From the NCBI RefSeq assembly GCF_963676685.1, contig NC_092355.1:63922001-63986000 (forward strand): a stretch of 64,000 bases of DNA, in the 5' to 3' direction. Source of the stretch: Mytilus edulis. Its lineage: Eukaryota. The notes under the pieces were generated by a model. That model was not told the DNA's origin. It was given only the letters and a program-made list of their open reading frames with translations, and searched no databases. The first letter of the stretch is position 1; each line of letters begins with the position of its first letter. The translations under genes and the position numbers were made by a program. Positions 26,167 through 40,054 of the stretch are shown in pieces.

Positions 26167-26620
26167 TTGATCTTCCTGAGAACCTATTTCGGAAAATTAA
26201 AAAAGGAATCAATGATTAATCATACAAGTTAAACACATACAACTTGTTTCAATATACATAACCCTTTTAGGCTAACACTTTACACTACAAATATGTTAGA
26301 CATTGCGACAAATCAGTACCGTCAGATAAACTATGTTCGGTGGCAAGACAATAATTGACAAAGTTGCAAACCCGATTACCCCTAAATGAAATAAATTTTA
26401 TCGACCCTCAGTGCAAAGTTAAACTTCTAATTCTGACGCCTTTGTAAATCTTTAATCTGTTTTCTTAACGATTACCAAATACATGTGTTTGACATATATT
26501 TTCCTTGTTATAATTTTAGAAAAGGTGTTTATCAAATAAATTTGATAAGATTAATATTTTTTACTTAATTAGTACTAAACATTTAGGTTGACATAGTTAG
26601 TAATTATTGTGTATCGTATA

Positions 26621-26708
26621 CTGATGAGTCTTATGCAGACGAAACGCGCGTTTGGCGTACTAAATATGACTGATGAGTCTTATGTAGACGAAACGCTCGT
26701 CTGGCGTA
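26621..26708 (+). ncRNA. Tandem pair of hammerhead cores (49-bp period) lacking the 5' strand of stem I
   Basis: CTGATGA-GTCTTATGCAGAC-GAAACGCGCGTT-TGGCGTA at 26621 and CTGATGA-GTCTTATGTAGAC-GAAACGCTCGTC-TGGCGTA at 26670, followed by the family 3' tail to about 26740. Confidence 0.7.
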
Positions 26709-27126
26709 CTAAATCATAATCCTGGTACCTTTGATAACTATGTCATTCTTTGCCTAATATACTTTTGTTGATAATGTTTCGTTCGTTTAAAAATACACCA
26801 CATAATGTTTAATACGTTTTTTTTGCGTTTCTGTGTTGTAGATATATTCCCTAACGCGAATTCGAATATAGGCCTAACTCGATAGAATCATTCGATTAGT
26901 AATTGTTCACAAAGTTGAATCCCTTATTTATAATAACAATTATGACAATTTAATGTTATCCTGATTTATAGTAATTTCTCGCAATTTGATTGGCTGATAT
27001 TGTCCAAATAAATTTCAGTACAATTTTTTATTAGGTCAATTGGAATTATTTCCCTTGTACCATTGACTTAATAAAAAAAAAAGAAATTTGGAGTTGCTTC
27101 CCTTTTGTTTTTTTTACGTCTGCAAA

Positions 27127-27517
27127 ATGACGATTGGAAACTTTAAACATTTTAGACAGACGACGGACGAAAGAATGATTGACCAACGGCTTAAGATAAA
27201 TGCAGCAAACACAATAAGGTCAAACAAAAAGGCCGGGAACACCCTCAAGGAATATTTGAGACAATCAGAACTGGATATAAGATTAGAGTAATACGATGAA
27301 GTTCGTCTGAATGAAATATTGGGGCAGTTTTATATCAATGCAAGAAAACCAGACGGTAACCACTACAAGATTTCGTCACTTGATCATTAGATATGGGTTG
27401 AAAAAATAATTGAGGCCATCCCCTTACAACAAAACATTTGGCATCATAAAGGACACTGCATTTATCGATGCAAATGTAAATTTCAAAGCAGCGATTTCAG
27501 AACTGAAAAGAATAGGT
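27127..27517 (+). pseudogene. Crypton-type tyrosine recombinase N-terminal relic (region upstream of DUF3504)
   Basis: NTIRSNKKAGNTLKEYLRQ..LE*YDEVRLNEILGQFYINARKPDGNHYKISSL(fs)IRYGLKK*LRPSPYNKTFGIIKDTAFIDANVNFKAAISELKRIG matches the FYxxxRKxDGxxYKxSSLxxIRxGLxRYL..DIIxDxxFxxAN pattern of CryptonA/ZMYM/KCTD1-related proteins; catalytic core absent. Confidence 0.75.
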
Positions 27518-27774
27518 CATAGATGATCAATATTAAACAAAACCAAAATTAAGATATGTCAGCTATACATGTATTTTGGATTCCAACTTGTCATAAATTT
27601 AACATATTGATATGAAAAACCGATAGATTTTATATATATATATCAGGTTAAATTTGTTACACAGTGTGCTGATAAATTCCTGTATTAGGACAATTGCAAA
27701 CTGTGTAACTAATATTATCATCCTTACCAACGTTAAGTGTCAATAATTTAATTTTGTTTTTTATCAGCCCATAC

Positions 27775-28010
27775 ACATAATTTAGTTATGTGACCGTGAC
27801 GTCATCAACGCTTTTTATGGTTTACTCCGGTTTAAAACGGATTTTAGAATTAAATTATAGGAAATAACTACTATTTTTTCTGTCTATTCCAAATAACATA
27901 AAAATGTGGTGCACACGGTAAAATAACCCACTACGTGGGTTATTCAGTGTGGACCACATTTTTTATGTTATTTCTTCATAGACAGACAAAATATTACAGT
28001 CATTCCATAA
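27775..28010. mobile_element. Hairpin-ended non-autonomous element end next to the Crypton relic
   Basis: TGACGTCATCAACG motif followed by a ~150-bp imperfect palindrome centred on AATAACCCAC-TAC-GTGGGTTATT (about 27933). Confidence 0.6.
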
Positions 28011-31000
28011 AGAAAACTATATCAAATTCACTATAATTATGATCACATCGTCACTACAAATAAACTCATCAAAGATACCAGGACTAAATTTTGTACAAAT
28101 TACTGCAAGACCAGGAACTCTTTCCACGTGACACTTTTCTTTAATATGAAAAATACTAACTGTAATACCTTATTATAATAATATGAGATATGTTTTTCCT
28201 GTTACGGAAGAGTTTGGATCTGGATTACGAATACTGTGTTCATAATGTTGTTGTCGTGTAACTTTTTGGTACACATTCGTACGCCTTAAAACAGCAGTAT
28301 CCGTAAACAGAATAAGGAAAGGGTAATGGACAAGCGCAAATGTGAGAAACACATTTTCAGTTCATTAGAATATTTCCTTTTCTATTGGTATTGTAGACGA
28401 TCACGTGTTGGTATTACTATGGTTACTCGAGCTCAATTTTGTTATTTTCATTTGATTGTTTTTTTGTTAACATTATCATAAATATTTGAAGTTGAGGTTA
28501 TAACATTATTTTGATTATCATCTATTTACTTTCAAGCCGTATGAAAGTACTATGAATTATGTTAACCCTTTCGCAGTTTCAGAGATCATCATGTTTTGTA
28601 GGGTCTGTATTTCAACCCAATTTTATTTGTATGTCTTTTTTAACATTTTAATTTCTGCACTAAAAAACAATACTTATACTTTTCTGAATAAATGAATATG
28701 TTTGATATTCGTCGATGTCAAAAACAAAGTAACGACATAAAAAACAAGAGAAATGGAGAAGCCGATATGTTGTTGTTCCAAAGTAAACAGACGTGTAATT
28801 ATGTCATTATATGAAAAATCCTAATCTCTTAAAGAGGGGATTCGAAGTTACAGACTCTATTAAAGAGCTTGCATCCTGACAGAATTACAATTAAAAAAAA
28901 AACCACGAAGAAGCAAGTATATCTTAATAAGACACAACTAAGGAAACACAAACACTCTCACTGACTACAGAAACACATACACACGTAGATGGTTAATTTT
29001 GTTTTATTAATATAATTCTATTTGCAAATTACACTATATAAGTTAAGCAATAACACAAAATATAAAACAAACCTAACACGAAAGTAAAAAAATAAAAGTT
29101 TAAACATAAAACAATTAAAACATATGCAAGATACATTGTCAAGGACATTGACCTTATGTTCCAAACTCTAAAGATTGCTTTATGAAGTCACCAACTGCTG
29201 ACAACGGTTTAGATTCAAGATTTTAAGTTGTTTTAGACTGTAAAGCGCTTGGACATTTTATTCAGGTTTTATATTATCGGTTTTTTAAAACAAATGCTTC
29301 CTTGAGGTTAAGATCAGTCAACAATCTAGACAAAAATGGAAGTCTTCGTCAAGTTTATTACAATATCAACATAGCTTTTGATTTTTGGGTATATTTCTTT
29401 TCAAATAGACTTAGAAATAAAATGTTGGTGTACGTGTATGGCACATTACTTAGATAAAAACATTTGCAAAGAATGTTGCCGTTAGTTTGTTTACAGTTTA
29501 GATTGCGTGAGTCCAAATGTCTGTTTTTGACAGAACCGTCACCAGGAACGGTCGTTTTATAAGTCTACTTTTAATCTATCATTGACATCAAATAATATGT
29601 TATGGTGAAGTTGTGGGGTACACAGTGCGGAATGAAAAAACAATGTCACTACAATACATAAAATACACTGCTGGGTGGGATTGAATATAAGATACGGGTG
29701 CCTTGTCTTTGTCAAGCTTGCACTTAAAAACAAAAATTGTAGAATTTGTCTTTGTTTCAAATAAAGCAACTTGCATAAGTAGCTGTATATCCTGTCCAGT
29801 ACTTTAGACAAAATGTAACATAACATGTCATTGCATATAGGAAAATAACCATCACATAAGTAGACCAATATAGTGTTCATCCCTTTTCTAGAAACACCAA
29901 ATATAATAATATTGGTGCTTTGAAACACATATTTCGAAGAAAATAAATTTCTAATAGAATATGTCTTTGAAACTCAATCAAATCATAATTCATTTTTGTA
30001 ATACCTCACTGAAATTTTAACAAATGACAGAACACATAGAAGCAAATGTGCATGTGCAGTTTCCCATTATAAGTGTAATACCACCCTTGATTAATCCCTA
30101 TTAGCCTTTGTTAAATTTGCAGTTTAAAAAAACTGTGTTGAATTTATGTTTATTTCAAATACTGGAATACTTGGCATGAGCAAAGTTTTATTCGGTCCAG
30201 TACTATAGAAAAAATTGCACACGACATTTTATTGCATATAAGACAATAGCAATTACTTTAAATTATCCAATCAAACTTTCACCAAACTTTTACCCTGTGT
30301 GCAAGCTGTAGTTATCATGTAGCCGCAAGTTTTCAAAATATTCTATAGAAGCACAAATAAAAAAATGGCGCTTAGAAAAACCAAAGACATATGTTTATGA
30401 CTCACAAAAGTGTATTGCAATGAAATGCAGGATTAATTTCTGACAAATTCAAGGGAATATATATGTTTTCGACCCTTTTACATATGCAACCGAGTGTGAC
30501 GTATTACTATTCCGAAGAATAACACCTACAAATGGTTAAGTGCAAAAGATTACGGTCATGTCTATAATTTTGAAGAAAAAAAAAACCGTGTCAAATTTAG
30601 AAAAAAAGTAAGATCACACAAATACTGAAACTCCGAGGAAAATCTAGTCGGAAAGTCACTACGCACATGGCAAAATCAAATGGCAAAACACTTGACAAAT
30701 GAAAAGGAAGTGAATATCTGCTTCTAATTCCACTAACATTTAGAACAACGAATAAAGTACATTAAACATTTTGCTGCATAAAAAAATATAAGTGATTACT
30801 GACTTATACACAATCCTTTTGAGTTTTAAGTTAAATAATTTGAAATGTTATCGTTCCATATTCTGAACTTACATAGTTAAACTAATTCTAAGAGTTCAAT
30901 TGTCATTGTTGTAGCGCTAAGGGACATTGTTCGAAACAGTAGTGAAATACATATTTTAAGTTGGAGAAAAAAGACTTCAATTATTGTACATTTTTCTACA

Positions 31001-31015
31001 ATGACTGTTGTATCT

Positions 31016-34000
31016 TTATTCACAACAGAAGAATTTAACATCGTTCAGAGCAGTATTGTCTAGTTGTCCTTGGTAAGCTTCAATTTTGGTCTGTAAACCA
31101 CATATGGCACTGTTCACCGCACAAGAGTCGCTCCATTCCCCATAAGTGCCATATCGTCCAATTCCAGGAGGATAGCTAAGGTCAACGACATCAAATTCAT
31201 CTTTGAAATATCGGCATCTGAATCTGAGGTAATTTGCACCAGTACTATCATAACTAGCCTATCAAACAAAAGAGATTTCATACCAGTTAGAATTAATTTA
31301 TTGAAATCGGAGCATCTGTAAATTATTTTCTCCTTAACCGTTGGTCAAAAGGTTGTGTACTGTAATGTTCGCTACCTTCGCGATTGAAAATGAACGCGAA
31401 TATAAATTGACGTTGATATGTAACACTTGGATCTTTCTTGATTAAGCCATTTTCAGTACATTTTCAATCGCCGCGTCATGGTCCAAAACAAAACATGTTA
31501 TCATATCAACCTAAAATGTTCGCGAACATATGTCGATTTACAGAAGTTGACAGTGCCATGACTTTTGATATAGATTTCCAAAACTTTGAAGATTGGAAAC
31601 GATATTAGTGCATTGCATAAGTTTTGGTGTTTCCTTTTTAAGAAGGTACAAGAATTAAGGTTTGGAATCGAAATATATAGAAATTTTAGGATGTTAAAAT
31701 TAAATGAACCTTAATCAAATAGGCAAATGTTTAAGTCTTATTTACGTGGAATCTGAAAACATGTATCTTATATACTATTAATGTGTAAAAAAGTAAACTC
31801 ATACTTAAAAGCAAAACAACAAGAATACAGAAATCATATGAAAATCCAAAACCGGAAGTCTTTCATCACATGGCACATCCAAAACCTCAAACAGATGAAA
31901 CGATTGGAAAACAATTTTTATATTTCCGATTTGCTTTTTGACATGTCTCGGTATGTTGTACAAACAACATTAATATATTTATTTTTGATATTTCTTTAAT
32001 GATTTCGGTTGGATAATCTGTTAAGTCTTACCGTTTGTTGTTCAAATAATTATAAAATTTTACTTCCATAACATCTTTATCAAGAAAATTGTTTGGACGA
32101 GTATTGTGAAAATAATTGTATAACGTTCGATCATGCATGTTAGTTACGTAAGTGCGTCACTGTTTGTGATATCCTTTAGTATCTATCGTTGATGGACTAT
32201 GTTCGATGTTGTTCTGTGCTTTGCATGTTGTGTCGACTATGCTATTATTTGATTAAGCATTTCACTTTGATGATTATTCCTGCGTGTGTTTGTGCTGTAT
32301 TTCCGCCACTAAGAGTTGTCATTTGAGCAATATTTTGAACATTGTCATAACGCGGGAGGTTTGGCTACCCTTTACACCAGGTTTTACCCACCATTGTTGT
32401 CTTGAAATGTCCTGTTGCAAGTCATTTGTCATAAAATAATTCGTGTCCTTGTATGTTACCGTTTGCTTTTTGTTGTACTTCAGTGTTCCTGTCGTTCCCT
32501 TGTTTTCCTTGTATAGTTGATGTGTTTACCTCGGTTTTAGTTTGTTACCCAGATTTTTTTCTCTCGCTCGATTTATGACTTTTGAACTAGTGTTGCCTCT
32601 ATTTGGCATGTTTGGTACAGACATTTCCTTATCGAAAAAGTTCATCTTTGGATACTTTTAAATGTCGGTTGAAAACATTGTATTTCGAAAATTATTTTGA
32701 ACTTTTTTGACTTTTTTCTTGTGTATCACAGTGTATATTTTCAATTTTTGGTATATTACATACATATTGTATTTTTGTATTTTATATGTCATTTATGTAC
32801 AACGCCATACATTATATATTGTATATGTAGAAATAGGCGTTTAATTAAGTTTTCGTGTTTCATGTTTCATCTGTAAGTCCGATACGTTGCAACTTTTAAA
32901 ATAGAACTGCATTAATGTGTTCCCTAAAAAACCAGGTTCAATCCACCATTTTCTACATTTGAAAATGCCTACACCAGGAATATGACAGTTGTTGTTCATG
33001 CGTTTGATGTGTTTAATCATTCTATTTTGCCGTCTGATTAGGGACCTTCTGTTTAAGTTTTCATCGGAGTTCAGTATTTTTGAGGTATTTACATTTTCAT
33101 ACAAATAACTTACATAAACAAAGAGGCAATTCCAAAAACACACTGTTTTAAAAATCGCCTGTATTTATGTTTTGAAATTTAATAATAAATAAATTAGTAA
33201 ACAAAAATAACGGAACAACATAATAACAAAAAAAAAGAATTGCACGTGTGCACATGAGCCAGCCTTGTAAAAAGACCGTCCGGTCAGTTAGACTCAAATG
33301 AAACTATAAAAGAAATGACGATGAGCAAATTTTTGACTACGTAATATAACAATATGCAGCTGTGCTTGCAACTTTCCACCAAAATTCAAATGAATTGGAT
33401 GTAAAATTGTTTAAATTTGTCTGAGTGAAGACGGACACAAAGTACTGATATAAGAACGGCCTTACTATATGGACTTAATGACCACACAAACATAATAATG
33501 TCACACAGTATTGTTCCACTGTCACTATTCCGAAAATCACCCATACAGAAACATCATAAAATATATGTTTATATATACAAGTAAGAAGACAAAAATAAAT
33601 ACATGGAAAACTAATCTGAATGGCTAAACATTGGAAAATTTAAGGACAATGCATATATGTTCTCCAAAATATCTTTTTTTTCTTCAAAATCGATGTCCAT
33701 GCCAACGTTTTGTTGGGGAATATAGATTTTTTAGTGTATTATTCCTAAATAAATACTTTTAATAGCTTTATGCGATAAAATCTGCATCTTAGTTTTAGAT
33801 CTTATTCTGTATGGTCATACTTGTAAGAGTTGTAAGCGATGTAATATTTCTATGAATATCTATATAATTTTAAGATATAACCAGCTTACACTGTATGGAT
33901 GTACTTGTAGAGAATAGGCGGTGAGGAATGTTTTTGGTGGACAAAGTGCTTCCCCTGTCCAGTATCCCCATACCTGCTGACCAGAACTAGCTGTGTCACC

Positions 34001-36590
34001 ACAACGTTCACCCCCTCTATTTCCGCAAATGATTTCTATAGCATTCAGTTCTGACCTATCCTCATGGTATCCTTCGATCTGTCAATGAAATGCACAAATT
34101 ATATGAACAAATACAAACATGCTTTAGACTATATTCTGATTTAACGGATTTTTCTTATATTCAATCATATTTTTGACACCTTGTGATTAAGTATTTTCAA
34201 CAATAGACCTTGTTAGCCTACCAAGTGCCCATTCAAATTGCAAATTTTAAGGTATTTCAAAGAGTAAAACAGATGAGTTATTTAAATGACTAAACACTTG
34301 TATGCAGTGTTTATGTAAGAAATACACGACTAGTAATGCTTTTAATTTAATAGCCCTGCTAAAATTGGTATACGTAAATCGATAATCACTAAAGTACCTT
34401 GCGATACTAAATGCATGCAGCAATCAACACTTGCTTATTGCATGGACGATCATTCATTCTTATCTTTGTCTCATACAATATCCAACCTTAGATGATCTGA
34501 TGTTAATTTGGCTTATATTTTCTGCTTATATAGTTTGATTTATTTCTCTCTTTCATTTGAACGAAAAATATAATAAATATTTGGCTTGATATGAGTATTT
34601 AAACAATCTTTTCTTCCGTTTTAAGAGATTAAACAGTTATAATAGAAATATACACACTTTCATTCTGAAACCAATAGCATAATGACCTATTGTGCAAAAT
34701 TCTGCAGATTTCCAAGCACCAAAAGCTCCACCATTTGTAACAGATAATGTCTGAGTTACTGAAACAACAAACATATAGATAAAGACTACCACACTATAAC
34801 ACTATAGCTGAGTACTATTATCTAGATGGTTAAAAAATTATGTTCTATGTCTTAGTACGTGACAAAGCAATTCATTTTCTTTTATGGCTCATTATCAAAA
34901 GTGCAATTTATGTTTTTATTTATATTTTGTGAGTATTCATTAAAATAGTAATGAGCGAACCGAATTTCTTAACAATTCCGATGTTAGTCGTGCATTGTGG
35001 AAAGTTGTCTCGTTGGCAATTTAACCACATCTTCTTTTTTATATTGTATTTCATATACAATTATTTCGTCTGATTCGGTGACCTGTGTCCGTCCATGAAA
35101 AGATGTACACGTTAACATTTAAACTTCAAGCTAGAAAAGCGTTTAAGTACACTAGGTACACTTTTCACATTAAATTTTTCTCAGGTAATTGTTTCTATTT
35201 TTAATTTTATAATTAGCAAAGAAAGAAAAAAAAAAGGTAAAGCCTTCAATATTAGGTAAAAATCTCATTTCGATGTAATTCAAACCCCCGTGAATATGCA
35301 CGAGAAATTGGTAACATCTAGCTTGTTTGATACTTGTTTAAAACTGAAAAATGGACATACAGCTGAAATCAATACCATTGACGATGCCAAGAACACATTG
35401 AGTTAGTGTCTATTTAAGATAAGTTTTTTTTCAATTACACTGTATTCAGAAAAACGTAAATCAGCGAGCTTTATCTGATTGATTGTGTCACATTTTGTCA
35501 TCTAGTGCCTGTTATAGTTACAAAATTAAAACAACACGTTAAATAATATCATGCTTTTCTGGATTAACCTTTATCAGGAACGCTCAAAGTCAAACATTTA
35601 AAATTAGATGAATGTATAAGTACCAAAACAGTTGAAGAGCTATATGACAAACACACCTAAAGGTAATAGCAAAATGCATCTTAGGTCAACTTGGTAACTA
35701 TGTGGTTAAAGCTTTGCTAATAGATAAAGTCAGTCAGTTGAAGTAGTTATCATCATTGATTTTGAACTGTGGTGATACTGGTTGCTTTTTTTTATTGACA
35801 ATCATATCTTTATTTTTTTATTTACCATATTTTTTTAATTACACCACTACACATAACAGTCCCGTTGACTGATGCATAAAAGATAATGATACACGTGTTT
35901 ACTATCGTTTTGTTTTCTGCTCATGACACGTAATATCGGGTTGTATCAATAATTTGGGAAATACAATTCACAACAATAATATTTTATAGGCAACAACATC
36001 AAAAGTAACTTTATTACAGTTTGTGTAATAGTTTTGTTCTCCTCTTTTAACACAATGTCAAATGGTAACAAGAATCAAAGCATTTTTATGATTAATGAGA
36101 AAGTGTAATGAAAAAATTAACAATGGAAATATTTTGTAATTCTTTGTGCATAGCAGTGGTCATACTAAAATAAAAATAAAATATTCATCAATGAAAAAAA
36201 TTAGAGGATCCTAGAGAGTACGAACATTTTTTCGTTTTACGAAATGACTAATAAGCACAGGTTTGACTTACCGCCATGTGTACTACTGGGATGTATGAGG
36301 TTTGAGCCAAATACAGAGTCAAAACCCGTATGACAGCACCCGGACTGATCGAGTTTACATTTTTGAGTCGAGGTTATATACGTAATCTCACAACATCTGT
36401 CACCTAGTAGTGCACAGAATGCTGTACATTGAGTTTTAGACATTCTGCCTATAGTTGTCAGATCAACTGAAAGAATTTTCTTGTTCTTCTCTACTATGAA
36501 ATCTTCTTTTCTCGAATGAAAAATTCCAACAGCAATATCCGCATTTTGAAAAAAGAAGCCATAGATCAAACCGATAACATATACTTCCAT
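31016..36590 (-). CDS. VMO1: Secreted VMO1-like protein with N-terminal PAN/Apple-like Cys-rich domain, paralog 1 (4 coding exons, 283 aa)
   Basis: Hand-spliced exons 36590-36272, 34758-34658, 34078-33890 and 31258-31016, all GT-AG with phases 1/0/0 and an open frame to TAA. Product: MEVYVIGLIYGFFFQNADIAVG (signal-like)...[23 protein letters not shown].. then [106 protein letters not shown], i.e. the three VMO1 repeats. An AG acceptor 2 nt before the ATG implies an upstream UTR exon. Confidence 0.92.
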
Positions 36591-37934
36591 GTCTGAAACA
36601 ATGAAAAACTCTAAATGAATTAATAAGTTTACAAGTTTACAACCAAATATTTAACATTTTAAGTCATTTGATATCTGCTGTTCTTTTTGCGTCTTTTGTC
36701 CAATTCAATTTGCTTTTAACCACGATACCTGTCATTTCATTAAATATGTATGCAAGCAATTATTTTTATAGTACATTGCTTTCCATGCACTATACAATGC
36801 TATACATGAATGACTTTTTATTGTAGATAAATTATGAAAGTGAGCTCTCCATAACTACACTGATGAGGTTTACAATCCCCAGGGGCATATATTATCTAAT
36901 GAATACAACAATGTAATGGTTTTCTTTTAAAACCCCCGTGTTGTTCCCAATGAGCCAGATCGTATTGACAGACAGATATTGATATGTGCAGATGAGGTTA
37001 GTCTGAAATAAAACATTATAAAAAATGGAGTTGCATGGTTAAAAAACAGTTGATTGGTTGACTTCTGTAATACAAAAACACTTATAGTAATAAAAATATG
37101 TTTGTTGAAATAGTCATGTCAAGAATGTTTGATAATTATAATGAAAAGAAAACCATTGTTATTTTATCTTCTTCCAGACGCGGAAATGGCGTAACAAGTT
37201 GAGAACATATAATATGTTTTAGCAGGGTTATGTTGTTGATAACTACTGCAAACTGTTGATGCCTTTTTGTGAGAGAAGCGCCGTTACAAAATATAAATGT
37301 AGGAATGATCCTTTTGAGCTTGAAACTGGGAGGTATGAACATTTGCCGCTTGAAGAGTGATGTTGTTTTAATTGTTTCAATACTGTTTAAGATGACTATC
37401 ATGTCATTTTACAATGTCCTGTTTATAATGATCTTAGGCAAGTTATTTTTACTGATGAGCATTTTAAAAATTTAACAGAATGTCAGAAAATGTATTTTTT
37501 TTTCGAATTAAGATATTATAAGATTCTTAGTCAAACCTGTAATTTTATTCAACAAAAACGCCTAGAAGTTTTATATTGTCAATATTAATTGAAATTATGT
37601 TGCATTATTTTACCTTCATGTTTTATATTCATCATGTACATACATGATTATCGTCTCTCATTAATCTGTACAGATTGGCTTATTCATACAAAATATATTG
37701 TGTAATTTTAAACATCAGGGGCCGGTTGTTCAACTTGTCGTTAGCACTGACGCTCCGTTAAATTTGGCTAATGTATCGTTAAAATTTAACGTCTCGTTAA
37801 ATTTAACGTCTCGTTAATCATGTTGTTCATCTCATAGTTAGTTTTAACGCTCCGTTATAATGTTTTTAACTTGAGTGAAATTTAACGATGGTAGGTAGCA
37901 GCGTTAAACCATTTAACCAAGGTATAATTAGAAA

Positions 37935-40054
37935 ATGGCTGCTTTGTTAATGCCACCACTAAGACCTAGAAAGGACAGAGTTTTTAGAGGAACCTTTTCA
38001 CATTTAACAAATTTAAATGACGATGAACTTAGAAGGAGGTATAGATTTGGCAAGGACCCGATTGCTTACCTTTGCAATTTTCTACAAGACAGACTCAGAA
38101 GTTCAACTAATAAAGCAACAGCACTGACCGTTGAACAGCAAGTATGTATTGCACTGCGTTTCTACGCATCCGGCTCATTCTTGCAAGTTATCGGAGATAC
38201 ATTGGGGTATGACAAAGGAACAGTTTCTCGTGTTGTAAGTGATGTGACAGATGCATTGATTGACATTAAGGACGATTTTGTGAGTTTGGCCTACAGATGT
38301 GAATCCGATCAACAGGATAAAATGTGGGTTTTACAGGCAAAGTAACTTTCCGAATGTTTTGGGGTGCATTGACTGCACACATATGAGAATACAGGCACCA
38401 ACAGATGATGAACCATCCTATGTAAACAGAAAGGGGTACCACAGCATAAATGTGCAAGCTGTCTGTGATTTTGAAGGCATTTTAATCTGTATTTTGCTAT
38501 TCCCGTCGTTGTTGATCTTTAAAAATGGTTCTCTTCCTTTAAAATTTCCTTGACACTATCAATAGAGACAACTGGGTCCTTCTGTTTCGACCGAAATTTC
38601 GGAGGTTCTATTAATTTTAGTCCGGTCTTTATAACAGTTGAAAAAGATTAAAGGTTTCCATTTTATTCATCTGTCAACACAGAAAGGTAAAAACATAAAC
38701 TACTCTACAATATGTGTGACGTTTGTCACTGTGCAACATTGTATTTTTGCTTTATACGACAAAGAACTTCAAATCACGGTACAAAGCGGCATAACTCTAG
38801 TTAAATAAATATGACTTTTCTATGATACCGTGTGATTTGCATTTATTTCTTTTACTCTTTGTGATTTCAAATTCTCCTTTTTAAACATATAGTAATAGCT
38901 ATCTATGTGTGTTTATATCCGAATTTTCTTGTTTTAAAAAATGTCAGTAATGAAGTTTGTTGAGGAATAACTGTGTAGTACTTTGTATGACTTTCTTTTA
39001 TTAGCAGGTGCGTTAATGTACGTACTTGCATAATTAAAGAATCTGCTATTTTTTTAAATTGTCTTTTTTTTTTTTTTTAAACACTGAATTTATATTTACA
39101 GGCAGATTTACGAATATATTTGCAAACTGGCCAGGCTCCACTCACGACTCCCACATCTTCAACACATCAACTTTGTCTAATTACCTCCAGACAAATCACA
39201 GGGGATTGATAGATGGTGTTATTCTTGGGGACAGTGGATACGCTTGTCGCCCTTACCTGCTTACTCCATATGCCAATCCAACAGAGAGACACCAGCAAAG
39301 GTTCAACAGATGCCATGCCAGTACTAGATCCGTTATAGAGAGGACTTTTGGTATTTTGAAAAGACGGTTTCATGTTCTCCATTCTGAGGTATATTTATAT
39401 TAAATACAGATTTGACATTGCAATTCATACATAAATAAATAACAAAATCCATGAAATGGTCACACCAAAATGGCTGAGAGATGTTTGTTAAACGTCTGTG
39501 AGATTGCAACCCGAATATATAAATTTGGAGAAAAAACCCGCCTTGATCAACAAAAGGCTGCCCTTAAGGATCTTTTTCAAGTGTTGTAAATTTGTCTTCA
39601 ATTTAGAATTTTGAATATGCATTTGGTATCACCGCCATCAATTTTCTAGAAGAGTTATCTAAGTGCAAAAAATTATCTATAATTTCAAAACATTGAATGA
39701 AGGTATTTTAAATGACTATTGCATATTATCTATATATCAAGACATATAAAATATGATATATATTTATGCATGCATGACACTTTTTCATTTACTATGAATT
39801 GCTCTACATAACTTGAAACTTAAATGAGCATATACTTTTTTCATATTTAAGGTAAGAATGAAACCAGAAAAAGTCTGTAGAATTTTTGGTGCCTGTGCAG
39901 TGTTGCATAACATTGGCTTGTCCAGAAATGAAGCGTTAGTAAATGACGACGGTGCTGGTGTTAGACTTGATCAGCCCGTGCAAGTTTCTTTCTGGGAATA
40001 CAGGATGGAAGAAACACGAGAGAAAACGTTGCCAGAGTATTTTTTAACCACTAA
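37935..40054 (+). pseudogene. Harbinger DDE transposase (HARBI1-like nuclease), 3 exons, frameshifted
   Basis: Exons 37935-38476, 39102-39388 and 39852-40054. Motifs [80 protein letters not shown]; the D/D/E triad is intact. +1 frameshift at about 38286, a second shift at about 39985 (restored end [19 protein letters not shown]), and the first donor reads GC. Confidence 0.9.
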
